This document shows positions 17,394 to 25,748 of a DNA stretch of 64,000 nt, piece after piece. The first letter of the stretch is position 1. Every line of letters starts with the position of its first letter. This stretch comes from Myxococcota bacterium (GTDB taxonomy: Bacteria; Myxococcota_A; UBA9160; UBA6930). The notes beneath the pieces were generated by a model. The model did no database searches and was not told where the DNA came from. It saw only the letters and a list, made by a program, of their open reading frames with translations. The position numbers and the translations under genes were made by a program. The DNA lies in contig OZ245015.1 in the NCBI GenBank assembly GCA_965223705.1, positions 2,304,001 to 2,368,000 of the forward strand. The letters run 5' to 3'.

Positions 17394-18281
17394 CTAGAAG
17401 GACGTTCCGTACTTCCCGGAGTCTCGCAGGTCCCAGTAGCGGCGATCCAGTTCTTCGGTGATCGGTCCCGGAACGCGCCCGTGGAGGGGCCGTCCCGAGA
17501 TTTCCCGCACCGCCAAGGCGCCGCCGGCGGTGCTGGTCGTGAAGATCTCCTCCGCACTGAAGGCGTCGAAGGGCGACAGATCACAGGCTTCCACCTCGAT
17601 CCCGGCTTCCCGGGCGAGTTCGAGAAACGTCGCCCGCGTGATGCCTTCGAGGATCCCCTTCTTCGGCGTGCGCAGTCGCCCCTGATGGACGAGGAAAATG
17701 TTCGACGCCGGTCCTTCGGCGAGATAGCCGTCCGTCGAGAGCCAGACGACATCGTCGTAACCGGCGTCGAGCGCTTCGATTTTCGCGAGCTGAAACGACA
17801 ATCGGTCGAGGCACTTGTAGCGAGGATCCAGGGTGTCCGGCCGGAAGCCACGACCGGATGCGACATGCAAGCGGATGCCCTGGGCACGCTTCTCTTCGTC
17901 CGCCAGAAACACATAGGGCGCCGCCCACACGATGACGGTCGGGTCGACGACCCGAGGGTCCGCGACGACTTCGCGCGATACGCCGCGTGTCACGATGACG
18001 CGTACGCTGGCGTCTCGAAGCTCGTTCCGGTGCAGCGTTTCGATAATGACGTCCTGCCACTCAGCGCGGCGGAGAGGCTGGCCGAGCCGGGTGGCCTGCA
18101 GCGACTGTTCCAGGCGGTCGAGGTGGGCATCCAGCCGAAAGAGCGAGCCTTTCCAGGCGGAAACGACATCGAATACGCCGTCTCCGAGGAGGAAACCCTG
18201 ATCGAGCACCGAAATATGAGCCTCCGACAGCGGCCGGTAGGCTCCGTTGATGTAGAGGATCGGCTCCTCGTTCATCGTCAT
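17394..18281 (-). CDS. PLP-dependent aminotransferase class IV (BCAT/D-AAT/R-amine transaminase fold)
   Basis: DQGFLLGDGVFDV, FRLDAHLDRL, catalytic Lys in PRYKCLD, EGPASNIF, LEGITR, AEEIFTTSTAGG. Confidence 0.9.
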   Translation of the reverse strand: MTMNEEPILYINGAYRPLSEAHISVLDQGFLLGDGVFDVVSAWKGSLFRLDAHLDRLEQSLQATRLGQPLRRAEWQDVIIETLHRNELRDASVRVIVTRGVSREVVADPRVVDPTVIVWAAPYVFLADEEKRAQGIRLHVASGRGFRPDTLDPRYKCLDRLSFQLAKIEALDAGYDDVVWLSTDGYLAEGPASNIFLVHQGRLRTPKKGILEGITRATFLELAREAGIEVEACDLSPFDAFSAEEIFTTSTAGGALAVREISGRPLHGRVPGPITEELDRRYWDLRDSGKYGTSF

Positions 18282-18607
18282 CCTCCGCTCGACGGCGCTT
18301 TGTAGTCGATCGATTGCGCCACCTTCATGGCGGCGACCGCCTCATCCATCGAGTACAGCGGCGTCACGAACGTGTTTCCAACATCGCCGGCGACATCCGC
18401 CATGGCGACGGCCATGGCGTGCACATCGCTTTCGAGCTCGACGATGATGACGGCGTCCCACTCGCCAAACGTGAAGTAGAAATCGACCAGCCGTCCGCCG
18501 AGTTTCTCCATGATGACACTCGCCTGGGGGATGCGGTCCTGTGGGTTCGAAACGAGGCCCCGCGTGCTCGCGACGTTGTATTTGATTTGGATCATGAAGC
18601 GACGCAT
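18278..18607 (-). CDS. GYD-domain protein
   Basis: EKLGGRLVDFYFTFGEWDAVIIVE signature; start re-assigned to ATG 18607. Confidence 0.8.
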   Translation of the reverse strand: MRRFMIQIKYNVASTRGLVSNPQDRIPQASVIMEKLGGRLVDFYFTFGEWDAVIIVELESDVHAMAVAMADVAGDVGNTFVTPLYSMDEAVAAMKVAQSIDYKAPSSGG

Positions 18608-18658
18608 CGGGCCTCCCTGGGTCCCGTCTAAAGTATCATGACGGAACGCGGAGGAAGC

Positions 18659-19729
18659 ATGCACGTCGGCGTCATGATCTCATTTCAAAACCATTGGAAC
18701 AGCCCGCGCCCCGATCGGGAGATCTACGAGAACGAGCTGCGCATCGCGGGCCTCGTCGAGCCGCTGGGATTTGACTCGATCTGGAGTCTCGAGCACCACT
18801 TTACGGACTACACCCTGTGTCCCAACCCGATCCAGTTCGGGGCCTACATGGCGGGGCGAACGCGGCGAATACAGCTCGGTACGGCGGCGGTGATTCTGCC
18901 CTGGCACAAAGACCCGCTTCGGGTCGCCACCGATTTCGCCATGCTCGACAACTTGTCCGGCGGGCGTGCTCTGGTGGGTCTCGGGCGCGGAATCGGGCGC
19001 GTCGAGTACGAAGGCTTCGGGATCGACATGAGCGAATCGCGCGAGCGCTGGGAGGAGTCGCTGGGAATGATCCTCGGCGGGCTCGAAACCGGAACCATGG
19101 CCGCCCATCAAGGCAAGTACTACCAGCAGGTCGAGCGGCCGATTCGCCCCGCCCCGTTTGGCGACATTCGCGACAAGCTCTTCATCGTCTCGATGTCTCC
19201 CGACACCATCCCCTACGTCGCGGAATACGGCGCGGCGTTCATGACCTTTGCGATCGCTCCTTGGGAGCGGCGCTCGAAGGACGTCAAGCACTACCAGGAG
19301 CTGTTCGAGGCGAAGCATCAGCGCCCCGCTCCGCCGATCTCGGCAAACATGTTCGTATACGTCGACCAAGACTCGAGCAAGGCGAAGGAAATGGCGACGA
19401 AGTACATCGGTGATTACTGGCAATCGGCGGTGCAGCACTACGAAATGACCGGCGACCACTTCGCCGCGGCCGGCAAGAGCTACGAGTTCTACGCAAAGTC
19501 CGCGACGGCGCTGCGGGACCACTCCGACGCGGTGACCCAAGGCTATATCGACAACCAGATCTGGGGCACGCCCGCGGACTGCATCGAAAAGATCCGGGCC
19601 ATCACGGATCTGTGCGGGGAGATCCAAATCAACTGCCAGTTCTGCTACGCCGGCATGCCCTACGACGTGGCTGAGCAGAACATGCGGGTCTTCGCGCGGG
19701 ACGTCCTTCCGACTTTGAAGGCCTCGTGA
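18659..19729 (+). CDS. Luciferase-like (LLM) flavin-dependent oxidoreductase
   Basis: GFDSIWSLEHHF, LGTAAVILPWH, MLDNLSGGR, WGTP; start ATG 18659 after GGAGG. Confidence 0.9.
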   Translation: MHVGVMISFQNHWNSPRPDREIYENELRIAGLVEPLGFDSIWSLEHHFTDYTLCPNPIQFGAYMAGRTRRIQLGTAAVILPWHKDPLRVATDFAMLDNLSGGRALVGLGRGIGRVEYEGFGIDMSESRERWEESLGMILGGLETGTMAAHQGKYYQQVERPIRPAPFGDIRDKLFIVSMSPDTIPYVAEYGAAFMTFAIAPWERRSKDVKHYQELFEAKHQRPAPPISANMFVYVDQDSSKAKEMATKYIGDYWQSAVQHYEMTGDHFAAAGKSYEFYAKSATALRDHSDAVTQGYIDNQIWGTPADCIEKIRAITDLCGEIQINCQFCYAGMPYDVAEQNMRVFARDVLPTLKAS

Positions 19730-19742
19730 GACCGGACCGGAG

Positions 19743-20117
19743 TTACCAGGTGATTTTCTCGGGATCGCCCTTGTAGAGCGTTCGGACGAACGCGATCACT
19801 TTCCAGGCCTGGTCTTCGTCGATGATTTCCGCGAAGGCCGGCATCGCGGCCCGGCCTTCCATCAGTTGTTTGAGGAGGCTCTCGTCGCCCCCGTCACCTT
19901 GTTCCCAGCGATCGTCATTGATGCTCGGACCCATTCCGCCGCCGCCCGCAGCCCCGTGGCATGCGTAGCAGTTGAGGCGCTTGTAGAGCTTGGCCCCCTC
20001 CGCGATGGCTTCCTCGTTCCCGGTGTACGGATTCTTGCGCGGGGCTTCGGCCGCACCGGCGAGCGCGATGACGGACGCCGCGACGAGGAGGAGAAAGGGA
20101 AGCGGTCGCCGCATCAA
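19743..20117 (-). CDS. xoxG: Monoheme cytochrome c, XoxG-like electron acceptor
   Basis: Signal peptide, NPYTGNEEAIAEG, CYACHG heme motif, GGGMGP, distal Met in MPAF; third gene after xoxF-xoxJ. Confidence 0.75.
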   Translation of the reverse strand: MMRRPLPFLLLVAASVIALAGAAEAPRKNPYTGNEEAIAEGAKLYKRLNCYACHGAAGGGGMGPSINDDRWEQGDGGDESLLKQLMEGRAAMPAFAEIIDEDQAWKVIAFVRTLYKGDPEKITW

Positions 20118-20920
20118 CGGCCTCTCTCGAGGGTGGGGATGCCGAATCGTTCGAGGATCCCTGCGACGGCCTGCTGGCGGCTGCGGAGCACCTCGTCGAT
20201 CGCCCGGTGAAGGGCTTCGTCGGCGGGTCGCACCGCGATCGCCATGTCGTAGCGAAAGGGCAGTGTCGCTGTTTCCTCCGACGGAGGAACGAAACGCATC
20301 CGTAGCGGCTTGGGCTGATCGCGTCGGAAGAACCCCGCGATGGGGCCCCAGACGATCGCCACATCGACCTCCCCGCTTCCCACGGCGTCGACCAGCGCTC
20401 GAGGCGGACTGTCCGTCCCGTAGTCGCCGAACACGCTGTATCCCACCACGTTGTCGACAATCCCGCGGTCGGAGAGGGCGTGGGCGGGCGGGCTGTTCGC
20501 GTAGTCGTCGCCGATCAGATGCACGCCCACTCGGACGTCACGCAAGACGTCGGAATTCAGCGATTCCGGCTCAACTCCCGATCCTTCTCGCGAAAGAAAG
20601 ACGTACCCGGATCGGTAGTAGGGCCTCGTGGTGAGAACGCGATCGAGACCGGCTGGAACTCCCATGACCGCGTCGCAGTGCCCGTCGCGCAGCTGCCGTA
20701 AGAAGCCGCGTCGTTGCGGCCACCACAGGTAGGTGACCTCGCGGGATAGGCCCTCGCCCACGAGCTTCGCCAGCTCGTTCTCGAACCCTTGGGCTTTCCG
20801 GTTCGAATACGGCAGCCCGTTGGGATCGGCGCAGACCCTGAGCGGCTCGGCGTTCGCACTGTTCGTGAGCACCAAACACGCGGCAGCGAGCCACGCGCCG
20901 AGCGCTCCGGACCGACCCAC
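20114..20920 (-). CDS. xoxJ: XoxJ/MxaJ-type periplasmic binding protein
   Basis: LRVCADPNGLPYSN, GFENELA, WWPQRRGF, TTRPYYRSGYVF, VDVAIVWGP; adjacent to xoxF. Confidence 0.88.
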   Translation of the reverse strand: MGRSGALGAWLAAACLVLTNSANAEPLRVCADPNGLPYSNRKAQGFENELAKLVGEGLSREVTYLWWPQRRGFLRQLRDGHCDAVMGVPAGLDRVLTTRPYYRSGYVFLSREGSGVEPESLNSDVLRDVRVGVHLIGDDYANSPPAHALSDRGIVDNVVGYSVFGDYGTDSPPRALVDAVGSGEVDVAIVWGPIAGFFRRDQPKPLRMRFVPPSEETATLPFRYDMAIAVRPADEALHRAIDEVLRSRQQAVAGILERFGIPTLERGR

Positions 20921-20925
20921 CTCGT

Positions 20926-22716
20926 TTAGCGGCTGGCGGTAGTCAGCGCGTCGTCGAGCGCGAAGACGTACAGCGTGCCGCCCTTGGCCGTGTCTTTCGG
21001 GAGGTCGCCAAACGCGCCGATCGCCCCCAGGGCCGCGGTCGGGTCGTCGGTCGCGAGATCCGCGGCCACAACCAACCCGGACCAGCCGCCCACGCCCGAC
21101 AGCACGGCGACGTACTGCTTGCCGTCGGGTCCACGGTAGGTCATCGGCGCCGCGATGATTCCCGAGCCCGCCTTGAACTTCCAGAGTTCCTCGCCGCTGC
21201 GCGCATCCACGGCTTTGAACCAGCCGTCCATGGTCCCGTAGAAGACGACGTCACCAGCCGTCACCAGAGCGCCACTCCACGCGGCCCACTTCTCCTTGAT
21301 GCCCCACTTCTTGGTGCCGGTCGTAGCGTCCCAGGCCATGAATTCGCCGCGGTTTCCACCCGGGCCGGGGAACATCTTCACAATCGCACCCACATACGGG
21401 ACACCTGCGATGTAGGAGACCTCGGTTCCCTCGTAGTCCATGCAGATATTGTTGGTCGGCACGTAGAAGAGCTTCGTACGCGGTGAGTACGCCGAGGGCT
21501 GCTGGTCCTTCGCGCCCATTGCGCCGGGGCAGATGCCTTTCGTGTTGACGTCCTGCTTCGTGCGCTTTTCCGGGTTTTCGACGGGCACGCCCGTCGCGAG
21601 ATCCACCGATTTGGCCCAGTTCACCTCGGCGAATTTGTCGGCGCGGAGCACTTTGCCGTTGGTTCGATCGATCGCGTAGGCGAACCCGTTGCGATCGAAG
21701 TGAACGAGCGCCTTGTGGGTCTTTCCGTCGAGATCGAGATCGACGAGGATGTTTTCGTTGATGCCGTCGTAATCCCACGCGTCGTGGGGTGTCATTTGGT
21801 ACGCCCAACGCGCTTCGCCCGTGTCGGGGTTGCGCGCGAAGATCGACATCGACCACTTGTTCTCACCCGGACGCTGGTCCGGGTTCCAAGCGCCGGGATT
21901 GCCCGTGCCGTGATAGAAGAGATCGAGTTCTTCGTCGTAGCTGTACCAGCCCCAAGTGGTACCGCCGCCGCGCTTCCACTCGTCGCCCTTCCAGGTCGAT
22001 ACGCCGAGATCCTTGCCCTGGTGGGACGGATACGGCGACGCGAAGTCCGCTCCGATACCGACTTCGTCGTCGGGGCCGGTGCTGTATCGCCGCCAGATCT
22101 GCTTGCCGGTCTTGACGTCGTTCGCGGTCACGAAACCGCGCACGCCGAACTCACCGCCGCTGATGCCGGTGATCACCTTGTCGCGCACGACGAGAGGCAC
22201 CATGGTGATGGTTTGACCCTTCTTGTGGTCCCCCTGCTTGACGCGCCACACGACCTCACCGGTTTCGGCATCGAGAGCGACGGTGTGGGTGTCGAGCTGG
22301 TTGAAGAAGATTTTGCCGTCGGCGTAGGCCACGCCGCGGTTCACGACATCGCAGCACGCGATGGGGATGACGCTCTCATCTTGTTCCGGGACGTGCTTCC
22401 ACTTGAGTGCCGGGCCGGGCTTCGTGAGATCGAGCGCGAAGACGTGGTTCGGGAACGCGGTGACCAGATACATCGTGTCGTCGATGACCAGCGGCGCGCC
22501 TTCGTGCCCGCGCAGGACACCTGTCGACAGCGTCCAGGCCGCGCGAAGATTCTTGACGTTGTCGGCTTTGATGTCGGCGAGTTCACTGAAGCGCGTCAGT
22601 GCGTAGTCTTTTCCCGGGAGCGGCCATTCGCCTGCGCTGTCGGCGGTCGCGACGACCGGCGCGGTGACCATGCAGGCAGCGAAAAACACGACGAGGCACG
22701 AGAGCTTGCGTTCCAT
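20926..22716 (-). CDS. xoxF: PQQ-dependent methanol dehydrogenase, lanthanide-dependent XoxF type
   Basis: STGVLRGHEGAPL, vicinal CC (IACCDVVNRG), GISGGEFGVRG, GGGTTWGWYSYD, HDAWDYDGINE with the extra Asp (DYD, versus DYA in MxaF); no mxaI. Confidence 0.92.
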   Translation of the reverse strand: MERKLSCLVVFFAACMVTAPVVATADSAGEWPLPGKDYALTRFSELADIKADNVKNLRAAWTLSTGVLRGHEGAPLVIDDTMYLVTAFPNHVFALDLTKPGPALKWKHVPEQDESVIPIACCDVVNRGVAYADGKIFFNQLDTHTVALDAETGEVVWRVKQGDHKKGQTITMVPLVVRDKVITGISGGEFGVRGFVTANDVKTGKQIWRRYSTGPDDEVGIGADFASPYPSHQGKDLGVSTWKGDEWKRGGGTTWGWYSYDEELDLFYHGTGNPGAWNPDQRPGENKWSMSIFARNPDTGEARWAYQMTPHDAWDYDGINENILVDLDLDGKTHKALVHFDRNGFAYAIDRTNGKVLRADKFAEVNWAKSVDLATGVPVENPEKRTKQDVNTKGICPGAMGAKDQQPSAYSPRTKLFYVPTNNICMDYEGTEVSYIAGVPYVGAIVKMFPGPGGNRGEFMAWDATTGTKKWGIKEKWAAWSGALVTAGDVVFYGTMDGWFKAVDARSGEELWKFKAGSGIIAAPMTYRGPDGKQYVAVLSGVGGWSGLVVAADLATDDPTAALGAIGAFGDLPKDTAKGGTLYVFALDDALTTASR

Positions 22717-22730
22717 GGAACCCTCCCAGT

Positions 22731-22774
22731 GGGTGATGCCTCGTCACCCTACGCCTCGAACAAGAAGGGGTCAA
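22731..22774 (-). promoter_or_regulatory. Putative sigma70 promoter of xoxF with overlapping inverted repeat
   Basis: Minus strand TTGACC-17 bp-TAGGGT (22774-22746); IR GGGTGA..TCACCC 22731-22749 overlaps the -10. Confidence 0.5.
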
Positions 22775-22790
22775 TCGGCTTCGCGACGCT

Positions 22791-23942
22791 TCAGAGGGCC
22801 TCGTAGACGGCGGATTCGAATGCTTGGAAAGCCGACACCGAGCCGGCGTCGTAGAACGGCAGGATCTGCGACAGGTAGACGCCTGTCACACCCCGATGAG
22901 TGTCGATCCAGTAGTACGAGTTGAAGATGCCGGCCCAGGCGAGGCTTCCGGCCGAGCGGCCGGTCGGGAGCGGATCGTTCGTGACGACGAAACCCAAGCC
23001 GTGTCCACAGCCTGCGAAGTCGGCGACATCGTTGGCCAGCTCGGGAGCGGAACTCTTGAACTCGCCCAACGCCAGGGGTGCGATGTGGTCTCGCCCCGCC
23101 TCGGTGCACAGGCTTTCGCCGAGGATCCGAGACCCGTCAAGCTCCCCGCCTCGCAACACCGCTTGGAGGAAGCGCAGGTAGTCGCCAGCTGTGGAGTAGA
23201 GGCCGTGGCCACCGGCGTGGAACGGGACGTCCGGGGGTGCGGCGTCGGGATCTTCGACGAGACCGCCGTCGGGTGTCCGGTGATGCAAGGTGATCACACG
23301 CCCGTGCTTCTCGGCGGGAACGTTGAAGTGGGTATCGGTCATTCCGAGCGGCGCGAAAATGTGCTCGTCGAAGTAATCCCCCAAGCGCTGATCGCTCAAG
23401 GTTTCCACCAGTTGTCCCGCCCAATCCGTATTGATCCCGTATTCCCAAGCGGTGCCCGGGTCTCGAATGAGCGGAGCCTCCATGAACGCATCCGTGCCTT
23501 CGAAGGGATCGCCCATCATCTGCAATTGCTGGGCTTGGGCGAGGTCGGCGCTGAGAAACGAATAACCGAACCCCGCCGTGTGAGTGAGGAGCTGGCGCAG
23601 TGTGATCGTTCCTCGGACGGGCCGCAGCCTCGCCTTGCCACGGTCGTCGAAACCCTCGAGCAGCTGTCGCTTACCGATCTCGGGCAGGATCCGGCTCACG
23701 TCGTCATCGAGCCCCACGCGACCTGCCTCGACCAACTGGAGCGCGGCGAACGTGGTGATCGCTTTGGTCATCGAAGCGATTCGGAAGATCGAGTCGCTTC
23801 TCAACGGGTCGCCACCGGCGACGCACCGGTTTCCCGCTGCGCCGCAGAAACGGACGCCATCTCTCGTTGCGAACGCTGCGGCAACCGCGGGAACACGGCC
23901 ATCGGCCACGGCGTTATCGAGGACTTGCTGTACGTCCGTCAC
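22791..23942 (-). CDS. Beta-lactamase-fold serine hydrolase (EstB/family VIII esterase-like)
   Basis: FRIASMTK (SxxK), LLTHTAGFGY, PGTAWEYG, GGHGLYST, WAGIFNSYYWID; GTG 23942 after GGAGGAG. Confidence 0.9.
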   Translation of the reverse strand: MTDVQQVLDNAVADGRVPAVAAAFATRDGVRFCGAAGNRCVAGGDPLRSDSIFRIASMTKAITTFAALQLVEAGRVGLDDDVSRILPEIGKRQLLEGFDDRGKARLRPVRGTITLRQLLTHTAGFGYSFLSADLAQAQQLQMMGDPFEGTDAFMEAPLIRDPGTAWEYGINTDWAGQLVETLSDQRLGDYFDEHIFAPLGMTDTHFNVPAEKHGRVITLHHRTPDGGLVEDPDAAPPDVPFHAGGHGLYSTAGDYLRFLQAVLRGGELDGSRILGESLCTEAGRDHIAPLALGEFKSSAPELANDVADFAGCGHGLGFVVTNDPLPTGRSAGSLAWAGIFNSYYWIDTHRGVTGVYLSQILPFYDAGSVSAFQAFESAVYEAL

Positions 23943-23959
23943 GGTGGTCTCCTCCGCTG

Positions 23960-24340
23960 CTAGCCCATTCGATGGAGCGCGCAGAGCTTGTTGCCGTCGG
24001 GATCCCGCAAGTACGCGAGGTAGAGCGGACCGAACCCGCCCTCTCGAACCCCCGGCGGATCCTCGATGCTGGTGCCGCCGTTGCTCTCGCCGGCCTTGTG
24101 CCACGCGTCGACCTCGGCCTGCGACGAGCACGCAATGCCGATGGTTCCGCCATTCGCGTGTGTCGCGGACTTCCCATCGATCGGCTCTGTGACGAGGAAC
24201 AGCCCGTCGTTGTGCATGTAGATCAGCCGATTCTTGTCGTCGACCGTCGCCGGCTGGCCACCCAGCGCTCCGAACAAGGCGTCGTAGAACTTCTTCGAAC
24301 GATCGATGTCGTTGCTACCGACCATGACGTGTGAAAACAC
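23960..24340 (-). CDS. VOC/glyoxalase-family protein
   Basis: FSHVMVGSND, ANGGTIG, YLAYLRDPDGNKLCA. Confidence 0.9.
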   Translation of the reverse strand: MFSHVMVGSNDIDRSKKFYDALFGALGGQPATVDDKNRLIYMHNDGLFLVTEPIDGKSATHANGGTIGIACSSQAEVDAWHKAGESNGGTSIEDPPGVREGGFGPLYLAYLRDPDGNKLCALHRMG

Positions 24341-24435
24341 TTCGCACTCTCCTCACTCAGCCCCCGCCGCATCATCGTGCAGCAGATTCGGCCGAGGGGC
24401 CAGTGCGTGTTTTTTGCACGTGTGGTGCCCGGCGT

Positions 24436-24858
24436 CTAGCCCTGGCAGCTCTCACTCGGCCAACCGAACCAACGCCGGTGGACTCTGGGATAGACGGCCG
24501 TGCCGAGTAGGAGACCCACCACGGTGATGAGGGCGAGCAGACGACCCTCGCCGATTTGCACCCACGCGATCGACGGGCACGCGCCGGAAAGGGCCCATCC
24601 CGCGCCAAACAGCAGTCCGCCGGGGATGGTCCCGGCGTGAACTTTTCGCGGCGCATGTTGCCCGGCGGAAGGAATGAATCGAAATGCGATCCCGATCCCT
24701 GCGACGCCCGCGGCGAACGACAACGTCAGCCGCCAATCCTGGAACGTGAACATGCGATGAACTTCGCCGAACTCCGAGAACCCGATACGGCTGAGCGCGA
24801 AACCCATCATGAGGCCGAGGCACCCGGTCAAGACGTGGCAGGGAATCCGCACGCTCAA
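24436..24858 (-). CDS. YeeE/YedE-family sulfur-compound transporter, small half
   Basis: GGLLFGAGWALSGACPS motif; TTG 24858 overlaps the upstream stop. Confidence 0.8.
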   Translation of the reverse strand: MSVRIPCHVLTGCLGLMMGFALSRIGFSEFGEVHRMFTFQDWRLTLSFAAGVAGIGIAFRFIPSAGQHAPRKVHAGTIPGGLLFGAGWALSGACPSIAWVQIGEGRLLALITVVGLLLGTAVYPRVHRRWFGWPSESCQG

Positions 24859-25487
24859 AGCGAGCTCTTGATCAGGAAGGACACCGCGGCGCCCCCGGCG
24901 AAGAATGCCGCGGTGGCGAGGAAGCTTCCGGGCTGAAGCCGGCCCAAGCCCGAGAGGCCGTGGCCCGAGGTACAGCCGCCCGCCATGCGACCTCCGAAAC
25001 CGACGAGAAAGCCGCCGGCCAGCGCCGCCATGACCCCGAAGGCCCCGGTGCCCATCAACTCCTCGAAACGCGTTCCGAGGCTCCACGTGCCGGCGCCCGT
25101 CGGTGGACCGTGTAGGAAGGCCGCGAGGGTCCCTCCCAGCATGAGCGCGACGATGAAGGTGGCCCCTGCGGAAACCGGCAACCGAATTCTGGGGGACGCT
25201 CCGCAGGAGGTCGAAGCGGGAACGCCTCCGGTGAGCTCGGGCGGGAGCTCCATATCGCCGAACTGCGCCCGCGTCGCCGCGAGCAACTTCTCGTCGAGTC
25301 CGCCGCTCGAGAGTTCGATCTCTCGCGCCCGGTCCCGCTCATCTTCTCTCCAGCGTCCGATGCGCGCGAGCATTCCCGAGACGGTCAAGAGCCGTCCCGA
25401 GACCGCGACATGGATGATGCAGACGATGGCCAGGGCGGCACCGCCGAGCCACCAGGGCCAGTAGACGAGTGTGGCCCCGTCGCTCAA
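24855..25487 (-). CDS. YeeE/YedE-family sulfur-compound transporter
   Basis: YWPWWLGG, GGFLVGFGGRMAGGCTSGHGLSG motif; TTG 25487 overlaps the upstream stop. Confidence 0.85.
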   Translation of the reverse strand: MSDGATLVYWPWWLGGAALAIVCIIHVAVSGRLLTVSGMLARIGRWREDERDRAREIELSSGGLDEKLLAATRAQFGDMELPPELTGGVPASTSCGASPRIRLPVSAGATFIVALMLGGTLAAFLHGPPTGAGTWSLGTRFEELMGTGAFGVMAALAGGFLVGFGGRMAGGCTSGHGLSGLGRLQPGSFLATAAFFAGGAAVSFLIKSSL

Positions 25488-25684
25488 GCCTCGCCCTCCG
25501 CGAGCTCTTCCCCGTTCGGCAAGAGGGTCGGCGACGGCAGCTCGCCACGGCAGTTCATCTGGTAGCGGACGCAATCTTCGTAGCGTCCCTCACAGAAGTA
25601 GATCTGCCACACGCGCAAAACGGAAGTGAGCTTGAACCGCTCAAAGAGCGGGCAGTCTTCGGCGTGGGAGCACTTCTTCGACAT
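25484..25684 (-). CDS. Small Cys-rich hypothetical protein (66 aa)
   Basis: C-x5-CP...YFC-x6-CVRY...C...LLPNG; translationally coupled to the YeeE gene. Confidence 0.7.
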   Translation of the reverse strand: MSKKCSHAEDCPLFERFKLTSVLRVWQIYFCEGRYEDCVRYQMNCRGELPSPTLLPNGEELAEGEA

Positions 25685-25748
25685 CTCGGGTCCGCTTCGG
25701 AAGTCGCGGACGCGAACTTGACCGGCCGAGATAGAAACCCGGGGTGCG

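Noticed and set aside
20926..22716. Calcium-dependent mxaF
   Set aside because: It has DYD rather than DYA, and mxaI and the mxaACKL genes are absent
22791..23942. Antibiotic-resistance beta-lactamase
   Set aside because: No signal peptide and the motifs fit family VIII esterases; there is no evidence for a resistance function
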